Assembly: GCA_002269645.1 (NCBI GenBank) | Contig: NIVC01001670.1 | Location: forward strand, 124,001-188,000 | DNA length: 64,000 nucleotides | Source of the DNA: Macrostomum lignano | Lineage: Eukaryota | Direction: 5' to 3' | Part shown: positions 40,446-52,927 of the stretch, piece by piece | How positions within the stretch are numbered: the first letter of the stretch is position 1 | Layout of the letters: the number at the start of each line of letters is the position of its first letter | Program-made: the position numbers and the translations under genes | Notes under the pieces: model-generated | Databases searched by the model: none | Told to the model about the DNA's origin: nothing | The model's input: the letters and a program-made list of their open reading frames with translations, nothing else

Positions 40446-40647
40446 AGGAAGGTTGGGGAAGTGCAGGAAGGGGGAGGAAGGCTGTCGGGAAAAGAAGGAG
40501 CGACCAGAAGAGACGTGAAATGGCAGTCTAGTTCGTATATGCATTTGTTTGCAATGCACCTTGACTAAAATGTGCCCAAGGACCACTAGGAACACTTCGT
40601 TATAGTCTAGTAGTCTAGTAGTCCTTGAATGCGCCCAGAAGGAAGTT

Positions 40648-41445
40648 CTAAAGGAATCTAAAGGAAGCTAAAGGAATCTAAAGGAATCTAAAGGTATCTA
40701 AAGGAATCGAAAGGAATCTAAAGGAATCTAAAGGAATCTAAAGGAATCTAAAGGAGTCTAAAGGAATCTAAAGGAATCTAAAGGAATCTAAAGGTATCTA
40801 AAGGAATCGAAAGGAATCGAAAGGAATCTGAAGGAATCTAAAGGAATCTAAAGGAATCTAAAGGAGTCTAAAGGAATCTAAAGGAATCTAAAGGACTCTA
40901 AAGGAATCGAAAGGAATCGAAAGGAATCTAGAGGATTCTAAAGGAATCTAAAGGAATCTAATGGAATCTAAGGGTATCTAAAGGAATTTAAATGAATCTT
41001 AAGGAATCTAAAGGAATCTAAAGGAATCTAAAGGAATCTAAATGAATCTAAAGGAATCTATAGGAATCGAAAGGAATCTAAAAGAATCTTAAGGAATCTA
41101 AAGGAATCTAAAGGAATCTAAGGGTATCTAAAGGAATTTAAATGAATCTTAAGGAATCTAAAGGAATCTAAAGGAATCTAAAGGAATCTAAATGAATCTT
41201 TAGGAGTCGAAAGGAGTCGAAAGGAATCTAAAGGAATCTAAATGAATCTAAAGGAATCTAAAGGAATCTAAAGGAATCGAAAGGAATCTAAAGGAATCGA
41301 AAGGAATCGAAAGGAATCTAAAGGAATCTAAAGGAATCTAAAGGAAGCTAAAGGAATCTAAAGGAATCTAAAGGAATCGAAAGGAATCGAAAGGAATCTA
41401 AAGGAATCTAAAGGAATCTAAAGGAATCTAAAGGAAGCTAAAGGT
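40648..41445. repeat. 10-bp minisatellite (aaggaatcta)n in GPCR intron 2
   Basis: Direct reading; about 80 units. Confidence 0.98.
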
Positions 41446-42359
41446 TCTGCAGTCTCGCTCGTAGAGTGTCATAACAAGCGCAGGTGCGTCCCGACTAACA
41501 TGCAGTAGCTTGACACTTAGCGTGTGTGCGCTCTCATTTTTAGTGGAGTTAAGAGCTGTTGCAGCCTGCCCTGGGGGGAATTCAGAGGGAGAAGGGAAGG
41601 GGAGAGGTGAGGAGAAGCATTAGGAGGAAGCAGCTGCGTCAAACAGCAGTTTAGCTGTGGGGACTCAACATTTCGCCTCGGGGATTCTGTTCTTGTCCTT
41701 GATCTGTCTGCCGCGCGGTGATTCGTGAGCTGTCAAAGGAAGTCCGTTGAGTCGAACTGGCCTGGCTGATAGCGATATAGATCTATAATTAATTTGCCTC
41801 TCAGCACAGCACAGGCAGCTAGCAAGGCTTTACTAGAATATAAAATTCCTCAAACGAAAGCCAAGTGCCGCTGGAATACTCAGTCACGTGCGAATAGGGA
41901 AGCTGAGATTCAGCTCCCGCCAAATCGTCTTCATCAAATTGCCTACTCGAATTTCGTCGAAACGAAGACTGTATTAATCTGGGGGTTCGGAGCTTTGGGA
42001 TTTGTCTTGCCCATTCTTCTATCCGACAGGAATACTGATGGCCGCTCCCTCTCTTGGCCCCCATTGCTGCGGCCCGCGATGTAGAGACCTCATCGATGAT
42101 GCTATCAGAGAGGCAGCTAGCGAGGGCTCACGTGAGCACAAATAGTAATTTTACCCGCGAGTGCCATCAAACACTGCTTAGTGTGTTTGACTGCTGGAAT
42201 CCAGCTGAGTCCCCTCACGCTACATTGCTCAAAGACATCGGATACTCGAATGCGGATTAGTGTACTCAGCTCAGAGAGGCTGCTTCCTGAACAACTGACA
42301 AAGTTACATCGAGTCTGTGTTGCAGATTAGACGGAAACAAAACGAAGAAGCGCCCTCGT

Positions 42360-43180
42360 TAGGGTTGTCAGAGAGGGAGTTGTCAGAGAGAGGGTTGTCA
42401 GAGAGGGAGTTGTCAGAGAGAGGGTTGTCAGAGAGGGACTTGTCAGAGAGGAAGTTGTCAGAGAGAGGGTTGTCAGAGAGGGACTTGTCAGATAGGGAGT
42501 TGTCAGAGAGGGAATTGTCAGAGAGGGAGCTGTCAGAGGGAGTTCTCAGAGAGGGAGTTGTCAGAGAGGGAGTCGTCAGAGAGAGAGGGAGTTGTCAGAG
42601 AGGAAATTGTCAGAGATGGGACTTTTCCGATAGGGAGTTGTCAGATAGGGAGTTGTCAGAGAGGGAGTTGTCAGAGAGGGAGTTGTCAGATAGGGAGTTG
42701 TCACAGAGGGAGTTGTCAGAGAGGGAGTTTTCAGAGAGGGAGTTGTCAGAAAGGGAGCTGTCAGAGGGAGTTGTCAGAGAGGGATTTGTCTGAGAGGGAT
42801 TTGTCAGAGAGGGAGCTGTCAGAGGGAGTTGTCAGAGACGGAGTTGTCAGAGGGATTTGTCAGAGAGGGAGCTGTCAGAGGGATTTGTCAGAGAGGGAGC
42901 TGTCAGAGGGAGTTGTCAGAGAGGAGGGAGTTGTCAGAGAGGGAGTTGTCAGAGAGGGAGCTGTCAGAGAGGGAGTTGTCAGAGAGGGAGCTGTCAGAGA
43001 GGGAGTTGTCAGAGAGGGAGCTGTCAGAGAGGGAGTTGTCAGAGAGGGAGCTGTCAGAGAGGGAGTTGTCAGAGAGGGAGCTGTCAGAGAGGGAGTTGTC
43101 AGAGAGGGAGCTGTCAGAGATATTTGTCAGAGAGGGATTTGTCAGAGAGGGAGCTGTCAGAGGGAGTTGTCAGAGAGGGT
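42360..43180. repeat. 15-bp minisatellite (gagagggagttgtca)n in GPCR intron 2
   Basis: Direct reading; ends about 50 nt before the acceptor. Confidence 0.96.
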
Positions 43181-43231
43181 TACCCTAGTTGACCTCAGCT
43201 CACCGCCCCAGGCCGGCCCAACCGATTCCAG

Positions 43232-44763
43232 GCGTGGCCATCATCTCAAACGTGTTCTCCCTGGTTGCCATGGCGATTCTACGCGCCAGGAGTTTCCGCC
43301 GTCAGGAGCCGGTGAAGCAGCGGCTCTGGCAGGGCCGGCGACTCGTCCTGCTGCTTCTGCTGGTGTGGGGCGGCGCTGCCGCTCTCGCCTCGCCGAACAT
43401 CTTCATCCGGTCTACCGTGACCTTCGGCGTGCAGAGCATGCAGGAGTTCATGCAGGGCCGCAACCGCGGCGGCGGCGGTGAGGCTCTCAACGCTACTGGC
43501 AGTCCCAGCGACGCGCCCGAAGACCAGCAGTGCGGCGAAATCTGCGTCACATTCTGCGACGAGTACTGGGGTGAAAACCCGTGGGCGAGGCGGCTGTACT
43601 CCGTGCTGCTGCTGCTGCTGGTATTCTGCATGCCCTGCGCCGTCATCTCAGCTTGCTACTGCTTCATCACCGCTAGCATCGCGGCGCTGGCCCGCCTGCT
43701 CAGCCAGTCGGAGCAGCAGCCTGACGGTGAGGAGCTTCAGCTGTGGCGGCTGCAGCGGCATCAGCAGCGTCCACCGACGCCCCAGCATCCGGCGCCGCCG
43801 AGTCCGAATCTGCTTCATCCAAACAGGTGTCTCATGCTCAACCTGAGCCAGCATCAGCACCAGCGTCATCGTCAATCTTTGCAGTTCTCCAGCAGCGCTC
43901 CGGTCAGCCCGACAACTGGCGGTGGCGGTGGAAGCGACGCCGTCGGTCCCAGCAGCCCCGTGGGTGCGGAGGGCCCTGGCGGCGGCAACGTAGGCGGGCT
44001 CAGCCGCTTCCACAGCCACGACCGCTTGAACCCGTGCGTGTCCTCCTACACGGACCAGATCCAGGCGAGCGAGTCTCACAGCAGCGTGCCCTCTCAGTAC
44101 CAGGCCAGCGTCGCGCACCAGTCCACGAAGCGCGCCGTGCAAACGCTGGTGCTCCTTGTCGCCTGCTTCGTTATCTGCTGGCTGCCGGTGAATCTCGTCG
44201 GAGTCTGGATCGACTTCTCCTCTGCTGGCGGCGGTCACCAGCGCCGCGATCCGAGGCCGCCATTCCGGGGCGGGCTGCAGCTGGTGGCCGGGCGGCCGGA
44301 GGTCATGCGACCGCTGGAGGAGAGCATCTACAGCGTGGCGCTGTTTCTCGGCCACCTGCACAGCGCGGTGTCGCCTATTTGCTACTGGTGCCTCAACAAG
44401 AGCTTTCGGCGCCACCTGAGCGCCCTGGCCTCGCGCATGTGCTGCCGGGTATTCAGGCGGTCCGGCAATCGGCAGGACGAGCAGCGCCGAGGAAGAGGCG
44501 GCGGCGCTGGAGTCGGAGCAGGCGGCGGAGCTCGTGGGGGCAGAGGAGACCCTTGCGGCGGCGGCGGAGGCGGCGGAGGCGGCGGCGGCAGGGCGGAGGG
44601 AGCCTGCGCAGTTCCGCTCGTGATCCCTGACGACGCGCCGGACGGACGAACCACAGCAGCGGTGGCGGCCGCTGTTGCCGCCGGCGGGTACATCGGCAGC
44701 CGGTCCTCGGACACGGAGTCGGCCAGAGTTCTCGCTGGAAAATTGCGCCTGATTGGCCTGTGA
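43232..44763 (+). CDS. Class A peptide-type GPCR (orexin/CCK/QRFP-like group), TM3 to C-terminus
   Basis: Acceptor attccag, phase 1. VWG (W4.50), CDEYW in ECL2, MPC..CY in TM5, FVICWLP in TM6, HSAVSPICY..LNKSFRR in TM7/H8. About 618 aa from ATG 39407. Confidence 0.92.
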
Positions 44764-45635
44764 TCTGGGTGAAACTGCGCCTGATTGGCCTGTGATCTGG
44801 GTGAAACTGCGCCTGATTGGCCTGTGATCTGGGTGAAACTGCGCCTGATTGGCCTGTGATCTGGGTGAAACTGCGCCTGATTGGCCTGTGATCTGGGTGA
44901 AACTGCGCCTGATTGGCCTGTGATCTGGGTGAAACTGCGCCTGATTGGCCTGTGATCTGGGTGAAACTGCGCCTGATTGGCCTGTGATCTGGGTGAAACT
45001 GCGCCTGATTGGCCTGTGATCTGAGTGAAACTGCGCTTGATTGGCCTGTGATCTGGGTGAAACTGCGCCTGATTGGCCTGTGATCTGGGTGAAACTGCGC
45101 CTGATTGGCCTGTGATCTGGGTGAAACTGCGCCTGATTGGCCTGTGATCTGGGTGAAACTGCGCCTGATTGGCCTGTGATCTGAGTGAAACTGCGCCTGA
45201 TTGGCCTGTGATCTGGGTGAAACTGCGCCTGATTGGCCTGTGATCTGGGTGAAACTGCGCCTGATTGGCCTGTGATCTGGGTGAAACTGCGCCTGATTGG
45301 CCTGTGATCTGGGTGAAACTGCGCCTGATTGGCCTGTGATCTGAGTGAAACTGCGCCTGATTGGCCTGTGATCTGGGTGAAACTGCGCTTGATTGGCCTG
45401 TGATCTGGGTGAAACTGCGCCTGATTGGCCTGTGATCTGGGTGAAACTGCGCCTGATTGGCCTGTGATCTGGGTGAAACTGCGCCTGATTGGCCTGTGAT
45501 CTGGGTGAAACTGCGCCTGATTGGCCTGTGATCTGGGTGAAACTGCGCCTGATTGGCCTGTGATCTGGGTGAAACTGCGCCTGATTGGCCTGTGATCTGA
45601 GTGAAACTGCGCCTGATTGGCCTGTGATCTGGGTG
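44740..45635. repeat. 28 x 32-bp array (aaactgcgcctgattggcctgtgatctgggtg) beginning in the last GPCR codons
   Basis: 896 bp equals 28 units; the first unit encodes KLRLIGL*. Confidence 0.98.
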
Positions 45636-46105
45636 TTTCAGTTGCTCAAAGCTTCACAAACTCGAAACTGTCAAGCTGAGAGCTTCTTGAAAATTTTGAG
45701 TTAGTGAGGCGCACAGTCAGTGACTATCCGGGAATACCCGGGGAATAAAGCCGTGGGAATTCAACTGTCCAGTCCTGGTGTTGCGGCTAGTTGTCAGGCA
45801 AAGAGATTGGAAATTAATATCACTACATAACTATTCGTGTTCTGAATGGATTCAAGTATAGCATACCGCTTTTTTAATGCAATCGTATGTTCTCTGATAA
45901 TTTGATCGTGACTTGGAGAAACTGCGAGTCTAAACTTCCTTTGATGAGTTCTTGGAAATGAGTTCTGAAAAGTGAAAGCCCTTTTTATCGCATAAATTAC
46001 TTTTATTGTTTATTTTTGTCACTTCGTTAAGATTTTGCTGAAGGTGGAATCTATTTGCAGTAATTAGTTCAAGTAATGAAATTCTGTCATTGATGTTTGT
46101 TTAAT

Positions 46106-46580
46106 ATGGGGTCGGCGAACTCTGGCCCGAGGGCCACATGCGGCCCTCAAAGCCTCTCTACCCTCTCCTCTCTCTCCCTTCTCTTCTCTTCTCTCCTCTT
46201 CTCTCCTCTCCGCTCTCCTCTCTCCTCTCTCTCCTCTCTCTCCTCTCTCTCCTCTCTCTCCGCTCTCTCCTCTTCTCTCCTCTTTTCTCTTCTCTCATCT
46301 CTCTCCCTCTCTCCTCTTCTCTTCTCTTTTCCTCTCTCCCCTCTTCACTCTCCCCCCCTCTCTCTCCTCTCTCCTCTCCACTCTCGCCTCTCTCTCCTCT
46401 TCTCTCCTCTTTTTTACCATTCTCTTCCCTTTCTCCTCTCTCCGCTCTCTTCTCTCCCCTCTCTCCTCTCGTCTCTCTTCTCTTATCTTTATTCCCTCTC
46501 CTTTCCATTCTCATCTGGCCCGCAGCCATGAGCTGCATTCTCTATCTGGCCATTGAGGTAAGAAAGTTTGCCAACCCCTG
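46106..46580. mobile_element. Charlie-type hAT MITE with a CT-rich interior
   Basis: Ends tggggtcggcgaact...agtttgccaacccctg, subterminal ggcccgagggccacatgcggccc; flanks share only gtttaa, so the TSD is degraded. Confidence 0.65.
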
Positions 46581-46898
46581 GTTTAAGCTGAGCTCGTCTG
46601 TTAGCCCGACAAGAAACTCGCATGCTCGTCTTCGTGAGGTTTCAGATTTTTTTACATTGAAATCAACAAAATCCTTGCCCCTGTCATAACTATTTGGTGT
46701 TGTGTGCTCTGCTTGTCTGCTCCAAAGAAACCGCTTTTGGCTTAGAATTTTTTCACCTTAATCCTCTCTTGTGTTTGCACCTTTAACTGTATGGTTAATT
46801 TTGAAGAAAAACACAGAAATATTAAATCGAACCGATCTCCAAGTTGAAAAGCTCGAATCCGCTTTCATAAATACCTGACTCGCCATAAGCCACTAAGA

Positions 46899-47584
46899 CA
46901 CGTCAGGAGCCTTCATGATAGCTAATAGTCTTTAGGATGCGAAGTAAACACACGTCAGGAGCCTTCATGATAGCTAATAGTCTTTAGGATGCGAAGTAAA
47001 CACACGTCAGGAGCCTTCATGATAGCTAATAGTCTAGGATGCGAAGTAAACACACGTCAGGAGCCTTCATGATAGCTAATAGTCTTTAGGATGCGAAGTA
47101 AACACACGTCAGGAGCCTTCATGATAGCTAATAGTCTTTAGGATACGAAGTAAACACACGTCAGGAGCCTTCATGATAGCTAATAGTCTTTAGGATACGA
47201 AGTAAACACACGTCAGGAGCCTTCATGATAGCTAATAGTCTAGGATGCGAAGTAAACACACGTCAGGAGCCTTCATGATAGCTAATAGTCTTTAGGATGC
47301 GAAGTAAACACACGTCAGGAGCCTTCATGATAGCTAATAGTCTTTAGGATACGAAGTAAACACACGTCAGGAGCCTTCATGATAGCTAATAGTCTTTAGG
47401 ATACGAAGTAAACACACGTCAGGAGCCTTCATGATAGCTAATAGTCTTTAGGATGCGAAGTAAACACACGTCAGGAGCCTTCATGATAGCTAATAGTCTT
47501 TAGGATGCGAAGTAAACACATGTCAGGAGCCTTCATGATAGCTAATAGTCTTTAGGATGCGAAGTAAACACACGTCAGGAGCCT
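46899..47584. repeat. 52-bp minisatellite (cacgtcaggagccttcatgatagctaatagtctttaggatgcgaagtaaaca)n
   Basis: Direct reading; about 13 copies, some 50 bp. Confidence 0.97.
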
Positions 47585-48707
47585 TTGCGTCACGCGAGTG
47601 TGTTTTTAGCCAAAGTAGTTTGTGTAGAAGAAGTGCATCATATTTCTCAGCGCATCTGCAATGATATGCATGACTGAGGCACAGGCCTTCCCTTTATTAA
47701 TATGAAGCCCCAGATCATTTACATCAGAGATGTAAAAGTGATCGCGAACTGATTGAGACTTGCATGCAGGCTGAATGTTGGAGCAAATACGAAATGCATT
47801 AGGAGAGGCTGAGGTCTGCGCTTCAGATGGGATCGAACGATGCAGAGTCTCAAAACCAGATTGATTAGTTCTGACCAGTAGCCATTTTGTTCCTAACGGA
47901 ATTCAATCTGTTAGGATACACCTCAACCTGCAGCTGAGTACAGAAGCTTGTCCGCGCCAACAGCCAGACAATTGGGGCGTGGCTGGAGAGGCCGGCCGGC
48001 CTTTCGCGAGTTTCAACTGCGCGTAGGTGGGCAAAAATAGCCGAGCAGATTCGATGGGAGTGGCTCACATGGAATGAGACTGAATAAATTCGGCTGCTGA
48101 ACAGCAGACAGTGGCCCTGAAAACTGACATAATTAATGATCAAAGGCACATAACCAAGGAATGACCTGAAGGAACTAACTGAATGATCAGAGGAAACTGT
48201 GCTCAACAACAAAACAACTATAAACTACTACTGTAGTTTCGCGGAAGCAGAATGGCCCACCTGATATTTCCTGCGCAGTGCACCGCCGGTCCGACAGGGA
48301 GAAAGTGGCCAAACTGAGCGCTTTTGGCTTTGATCGAATCGCCAATTAGGGAAGCGCAATTAGCGGCGCGACAGCAGGAGAGTCTTGATGGGGAATAGCC
48401 AGGGGCGGTTCTGCAGCGCAAAGCAGCTTCCTTTGCGGCTTCGCTTACTGCCGCGTTACAGAGCCGGATTTAAAATAGGCTCTGTGTGCTGACGCCATGT
48501 AGTTTTGGAAAAGCACTTGAGTAAAAGATCTGGGGGCAATCTAACAGACAGGTTGCTCTTCTCAAAGAGAATCTGAGCACAAAAGCTGTCGTCCTTGGTC
48601 TGTCCAGGGGTCTCAGGCTTCACCTGAACAAATGGGCACTCTATAAGCCAAGGCGTCCAAAATAGCAAAAAAATTTTGCTTGTTGCAATTTTAGTTCAAC
48701 GCAAAGA

Positions 48708-49815
48708 AACTCCCGATCCACTCCAGAGAGTCACTCCCGAACCACTCCAGAGAGTCACTCCCGATCCACTCCAGAGAGTCACTCCCAATCCACTCCAGAG
48801 AGTCACTCCCAATCCACTCCAGAGAGTCACTCCCGATCCACTCCAGAGAGTCACTCCCGATCCACTCCAGCGAGTCACTCCAGATCCACTCCAGAGAGTC
48901 ACTCCCGATCCACTCCAGAGAGTCACTCCCGATCCACTCCAGAGAGTCACTCCCGATCCACTCCAGCGAGTCACTCCAGATCCACTCCAGAGAGTCACTC
49001 CCGATCCACTTCAGAGAGTCACTCCCGATCCACTCCAGCTAGTCACTCCAGATCCACTCCAGCGAGTCACTCCCGATCCACTCCAGCGAGTCACTCCCGA
49101 TCCACTCCAGAGAGTCACTCCCGATCCACTCCAGAGAGTCACTCCCGATCCACTCCAGAGAGTCACTCCCGATCCACTCCAGAGAGTCACTCCCGATCCA
49201 CTCCAGCGAGTCACTCCCGATCCACTCCAGCGAGTCACTCCCGATCCACTCCAGCGAATCACTCCCGATCCACTCCAGAGAGTCACTCCCGATCCACTCC
49301 AGAGAGTCACTCCCGATCCACTCCAGCGAGTCACTCCCGATCCACTCCAGCGAGTCACTCCCGATCCACTCCAGCGAGTCACTCCAGATCCACTCCAGCG
49401 AGTCACTCCCGATCCACTCCAGCGAGTCACTCCCGATTCACTCCAGCGAGTCACTCCCGATCCACTCCAGAGAGTCACTCCCGAACCGCCCCATAAAATC
49501 ACTCCCGATCCACTCCCGAACCACTCCAGAGAGTCACTCCCGATCCACTCCAGAGAGTCACTCCCGATCCACTCCAGAGAGTCACTCCCGATCCACTCCA
49601 GCGAGTCACTCCAGATCCACTCCAGCGAGTCACTCCCGATCCACTCCAGCGAGTCACTCCCGATCCACTCCAGCGAGTCACTCCAATCCACTCCAGCGAG
49701 TCACTCCAATCCACTCCAGCGAGTCACTCCCGATCCACTCCAGCGAGTTACTCCAATCCACTCCAGCGAGTCACTGCCGATCCACTCCAGCGAGTCACTC
49801 CCGATCCGCTCCAGA
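48708..49815. repeat. 24-bp (later 23-bp) minisatellite (cactcccgatccactccagagagt)n
   Basis: Direct reading. Confidence 0.97.
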
Positions 49816-50439
49816 GAGCCAAATTTGAATCCCGATCCCTCCCGATCCCTTCTCTCGATCCCCAGACAATAGCGAATCTGATCCTACCATAGCATAGCGC
49901 ACAAAAAAGAGAATCGAAAGAGATGGAACCGGATTTTTAAGTGAAACAATTAGAGTAGGAAAGTCGACTGCGTCCTGTAAACTTCAAACTGCAACTTATC
50001 GGATTTCTCAAATTACCAAATCCACAGCCGCGGAAGCTGGGAACATAAAGCCCAACCAAATGATTCTTTTTGATTGATCCACTGATCCACTGACCAAATG
50101 ATTCCACTTTCAGCTGATTGCAGAGAAGAAAATTGTTTTGCATCTTTAGCAGTCAACACACGGCTGTGCTTGCCGGCTTGCACTTACACAAGGAGTTCTA
50201 CATGCAGCATCAGGATAGGAAATTGACTGCAGTAAATTGATTAGCGCTCAAATTATAGCCGGTCTCAAAGCATGCGTGGTTGGATTTGCAAGAATTTAGT
50301 TTGCGCTTTCTTTGAAAGCAGATATTTATTTTTATTCGAGGCAGGGGCTGCGTGCACCCTGGCGCACTTCAAGCGACATTGTCACACGTTCCGCAGACTC
50401 CCCTGAGCAGGCACACAAGCACAAGCACACACAAGAGTG

Positions 50440-50620
50440 TGCAGCGGCCATAACTTAGCATGTACACAGGTACACTTCACTGTGCCTTGGGGGTTGGCCC
50501 TCAAGGCCGTTAATTGCACGAGCAGACCCAGGCCGAGATTCCAATTTAGCCCCAAATCAACGACTGCACTTGGAATCGAGCCTGGGCCGTTGGAGCGCCA
50601 GGCTTATTTATGCGGATTTT
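50440..50620 (-). mobile_element. Possible degraded tRNA-derived SINE
   Basis: Minus strand carries a B-box-like ggcccaggctcgattcc; no clear A box or TSD. Confidence 0.2.
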
Positions 50621-51519
50621 TCGGTTCCCAATCCAAATAGGCTGCTCCAGAGCTCCCTGACTTACTCATCAGCCGGGAACTAGGATTCGGGAAGAAGGGA
50701 CACAACGAAAGGGGAGTCGCAGGCGCACCGGGGAGGAAATTAACTTATTTGGCCCGGCCACCTGGCAGCAGGTTGCATCAGAGACTCAAAAAGCTTCTTA
50801 AACGGACAGTGAAACCTTGAAATTAATCAAAAAATACACCCAGAAAGCTGCACTATTTAGGATTCGTTTTCCTAAGAGGCGAGGCAAGACAGCGACGCGC
50901 AATTATAAATTTCAAATTCCAATCTATTTATTTAGTTATAAGCAGCAAAGAACAATTCTGACAGACAAGAGTGAGACAATATTGCTACTACTAAATATAT
51001 TACAGAATTTCTTCTCTATAGAAATATTTTGGTGCATAGCTCGTAGTGAAACGTCCAATAAGTAAATATGATTCTAACTGCACTACTGCTACGAGTAGTA
51101 GGACAGTTCGAGAGCCCATCAACTAAATGAAACACTGTAATTTAATAAAGAAGGGCTAATATTCACAGAGACCCAAACCCCCTGGGGTGAACATCTTTGG
51201 CCCAGGTCTCAGAAATACATTTAAAACACTGATGGGCCCACAGATACTAAAATAACAGGATATATCACTCGCAAAAGTGCGATCATTTACAATATATATA
51301 TATATATATATATATATGTTTTTTGAAGCTGCAACAGTCGCCACTGGCTTTCTACAATCAGACACGTTAAACTGGGATATTCATCCTGTTTTGCCGACTC
51401 TAGACTGAAGATTACAGAAGAACTTGAAAAAAACCTAATCCAGTGCGTGCATAGCGAGCAATCGAGAAAAGTGGTAGCGCCCCAGCCAGGCCGATAATGT
51501 TTGGCTTTCCTCTTGCCGG

Positions 51520-51880
51520 CTTGCGCCTGACTTTGACCTCTTTCCTTACTGCTCTCTCATTGGCTGAGCTAGATTGGGCCTGCCCCTGGCTGGGTTTCGT
51601 CCGTCTGACTTTGACCTCTTTCCTTACTGCTCTCTCATTGGCTGAGCTAGATTGGGCCTGCCCCTGGCTGGGTTTCGTCCGTCTGACTTTGACCTCTTTC
51701 CTTACTGCTCTCTCATTGGCTGAGCTAGATTGGGCCTGCCCCTGGCTGGGTTTCGTCCGTCTGACTTTGACCTCTTTCCTTACTGCTCTCTCATTGGCTG
51801 AGCTAGATTGGGCCTGCCCTAGGCTGGGTTTCGTCCGTCTGAATTTGAACTCTCTCCTTACTGCTCTCTCATTGGCTGAG
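51520..51880. repeat. 78-bp tandem repeat, about 4.5 copies
   Basis: Direct reading; 26-aa period in ORFs on both strands. Confidence 0.95.
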
Positions 51881-52468
51881 TTTCGATCGCTTGTGTACAT
51901 CGAGTTACATGCTTGTTGTTCATTCTTAACCCCGTATGCTCTTGAGGCCATAAACCCGGAAGAGAGGAAAGGAAATTTTAGCTACCACAATAACGTTAAG
52001 AGTGATACTGCGTTTAAAAAAAGAGCAGACGCTCTAACTCTCACAACTGTAATTGCGGATGACATTTAGTTACTCTATCTACTAAGCATCTGTGAAATAT
52101 ATTGGCCTTTCTCCTTGTGCGACTCTATTGGCTCATTTATCCGCCTCTTAACCCATCCAACACGACCGCGTCTTCCAATAGTGAACCCCTCTACCCCCAT
52201 TTTATTGCCTTCCTCAGCTATGTACATTGAGTGACGCTAGCCAATTTACATTATGACTGGCAGGCCTAGCCTACAATATTATTTCACTTTACTAGCGCAA
52301 GCAACCGAATTGCCTTTTTTCATCCAAATCAAACAATAATTCTGTCGTGGCATAAAAATTTAGAAATTCATGCGCACTCATATGCCCAAAAGAAAGTAGA
52401 CTGATTGCATTTTGCAAATAAAATTTAACAAACGACCTAACTAGTGTTTCTACTAACTAAGGCTCAAG

Positions 52469-52799
52469 TTAATCATCCAGTCCCAGCTGCAGCAGATCCG
52501 AGCCCACTATTGGCGGTGTCGGTGCAGCCGCTGCAGCCGCCGGGGAGGCCGACACGGGCCCAGACAGTCCCAGCAGGGGATTCTCCATGCCGACAGTCAC
52601 GGAGCCCAACAGGGCGGCAGCTTCGGCGTGGTCGAATCGTCTGGAATCGACGGTCAGACCAAGGCGGACCAGCGGCGGCTCCGGACTGTCGCTGCTGACG
52701 CTCGCTGACGGAGTGCCGACAGTCAGCAGCAGGGGGGCCTCCGGATGCAGCACAAAGTGGGCGAACTGAACGGCCGGCTGGTCGGAGAGGTCGCACACT
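52469..52799 (-). CDS. PDHX: PDHX-like last exon, C-terminal non-catalytic core
   Basis: Acceptor attcag, phase 2. LLLTVG...LGLTVDSRRFD..A..L..V...MENP; DSR replaces the catalytic DHR, as in PDHX. Confidence 0.85.
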
Positions 52800-52927
52800 C
52801 TGAATTTTTATGAAACGCGTTCGATTTTTCATTAAACCTACTAACAGTAGTTTGCAAAAACAGTAAACTAATTTTTTAAATGGTTAACGAAGAAAAAATC
52901 TTTAACAATGAATCTAGTCAATGTATG

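Noticed and set aside
48676-49872. 398-aa mucin-like (VTPDPLQR)n ORF
   Set aside because: A 24-bp unit lacking stops by chance; TTG start, drifts frame where units become 23 bp, no flanking domains. RNA-seq would be needed to rescue it.
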